From positions 10,832,537 to 10,896,536 of the forward strand of contig CM082577.2 of assembly GCA_040954595.2 (NCBI GenBank): DNA of 64,000 nt. The letters run 5' to 3'. Below are positions 62,877 through 64,000 of this stretch, in pieces. The DNA is from Balanoglossus misakiensis. Its lineage: Eukaryota > Animalia > Hemichordata. A program made the position numbers and the translations under genes. The notes under the pieces are model-generated. The model ran no database searches, had not been told where the DNA came from, and saw only the letters and a program-made list of their open reading frames with translations. Positions within the stretch are counted from its first letter, which is position 1. Each line of letters starts with the position of its first letter.

Positions 62877-63097
62877 ATGGCGGCAAAGCTCAACGGCATC
62901 TCAGATAATGCCAAGGAGCGTTTGAGCGCCAGAAGGAGTCGCGTTTCCGGCGACTGTGTGCTCTGGACGGGTGCAGCTTGTCGAAACGGTTATGGGTCAA
63001 TTACTTTCAAAGATGAGAACACTCTAACCGCCTATGTCCATCAAATTGCACTCATAACGGAGTGCATTAATTGGTGGGCAGGCAGTTTGAAGTTTCT
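62877..63097 (+). pseudogene. His-Me endonuclease pseudogene, copy 8 (3'-truncated like copy 5)
   Basis: Same junction as copy 5, plus small deletions. Confidence 0.7.
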
Positions 63098-63475
63098 CCG
63101 GCAATGGCTTTTGTCAAATTCGTTGATGGGACAGTAGCCATTGTTCCAAAAACGATAGTAGTCCCCGGAGAAGTTTCTGTGACTAACACAATTTCAGTAA
63201 AATGGTACGACAATAAGGAGTATGAAGCAACTGTCTTGATGACTTCAGGTAATGGCATGTTTTCATTTGTAAAATGTTTTATTTTCTTATTTCAGGTGGT
63301 TTTAGAAGACATTTCATTTTAAATATTATCATGAATTTGTCTAAAATTCGTAACCTCTTACAAGCACTTAAAAACGAAAAATGTTGATCTGCACAAGCAA
63401 CGTTAAAACATAAATATTTTGTATTCCAAAAGTACTGACTATTTTTTAAAAGATGTTTTGAATACAAATAATTAA

Positions 63476-63979
63476 AGGCACGTAAGCTGTAACTTTTGGG
63501 ATAATTTTCATAATTTTTGTTTCACACTGCACTACCATTAGTCCATGCAGATGAAGGCAGTGAACTATTCACAAGCATTATAAACCCTAAATATGAGTGC
63601 ATATGCAAGTTTTAACCAGATGAATAATAAAGCTTTGCCGCAAGCGATTATGGCTGCCACCGTGGGAAAATGCAAGAAACAATGAAAATGTCGCATTTCC
63701 GGTTGTGAAACTTCATAAACAAAACATGATCTCATCCACTTGAGCTCGAGGAGGTAAATGTACACCGCTGAGACATCAGATTTTCATTTTTCATTGCAAT
63801 ATTGCACTTTTTTAAAAATTTCAGGAATTTTCGTTTTTCTTTAATTTTTGACCATTTTGTCATAAATAAGTGTTGAGCTTGATATATTCTCATGAAATAG
63901 CATTTAATAGACATAATTAAAAGCATATATGAGATTATTTAAAACTTTAATTTTTTATCCAGTTGCAGCTTACGTGCCT
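63476..63979. mobile_element. Kolobok-type non-autonomous element, 504 bp, TTAA TSD
   Basis: TTAA|AGGCACGTAAGCTGTAACT ... AGTTGCAGCTTACGTGCCT|TTAA (18/19 TIR match); the paralogous empty site has a single TTAA at 52078-52081. Confidence 0.9.
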
Positions 63980-64000
63980 TTAAGCCATATTGCCTTTGAA

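Larger units (their letters stand above)
42330..64000 (+). repeat. Mosaic tandem array of a ~2.2-kb composite unit with larger variants; continues past the window end
   Basis: His-Me starts at 56366 and 58547 (2,181 bp apart) and at 49231 and 51470 (2,239 bp apart); high-identity blocks recur 5-8 times in the same orientation. Confidence 0.92.

Noticed and set aside
42330-64000. Array as a pure assembly artefact
   Set aside because: Copies differ by many substitutions, private indels, footprints and a TSD-flanked insertion, which indicates real divergence; long-read confirmation is still advisable.

Overview
Eukaryotic (marine-invertebrate-like, AT-rich, GT-AG introns) genomic DNA, so the supplied ORF track mostly shows exon fragments. 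1-21.2 kb: the last 44 phase-consistent exons (~2,780 aa) of a giant extracellular FN3/Ig-like repeat protein, with two intronic tRNA-Glu(CTC) genes and several MITEs and microsatellites. 21.8-37.2 kb: an orphan minus-strand gene and three small secreted-protein genes. Two of these are head-to-head paralogues sharing an unrecognised 75-aa Cys-bracketed coiled-coil domain; one has a UCMA/Gla-like propeptide and the other 14 Ser/Lys/Gly-rich 29-aa repeats. The third is a beta-defensin-like + VWD fusion. 37.5-64 kb: a transposon graveyard (hAT, DUF6589-like, Tc1-like, THAP-DDE_Tnp_4, piggyBac, Kolobok-type MITE), a 166-bp strand-specific hairpin, and a ~22-kb co-oriented mosaic array of a ~2.2-kb unit that joins dead fragments of a His-Me (His-Cys box) endonuclease, an intron-bounded Ginger/GIN1 integrase exon and a two-exon SETD8-like SET domain. 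All calls come from reading the sequence by eye; no database searches were run.
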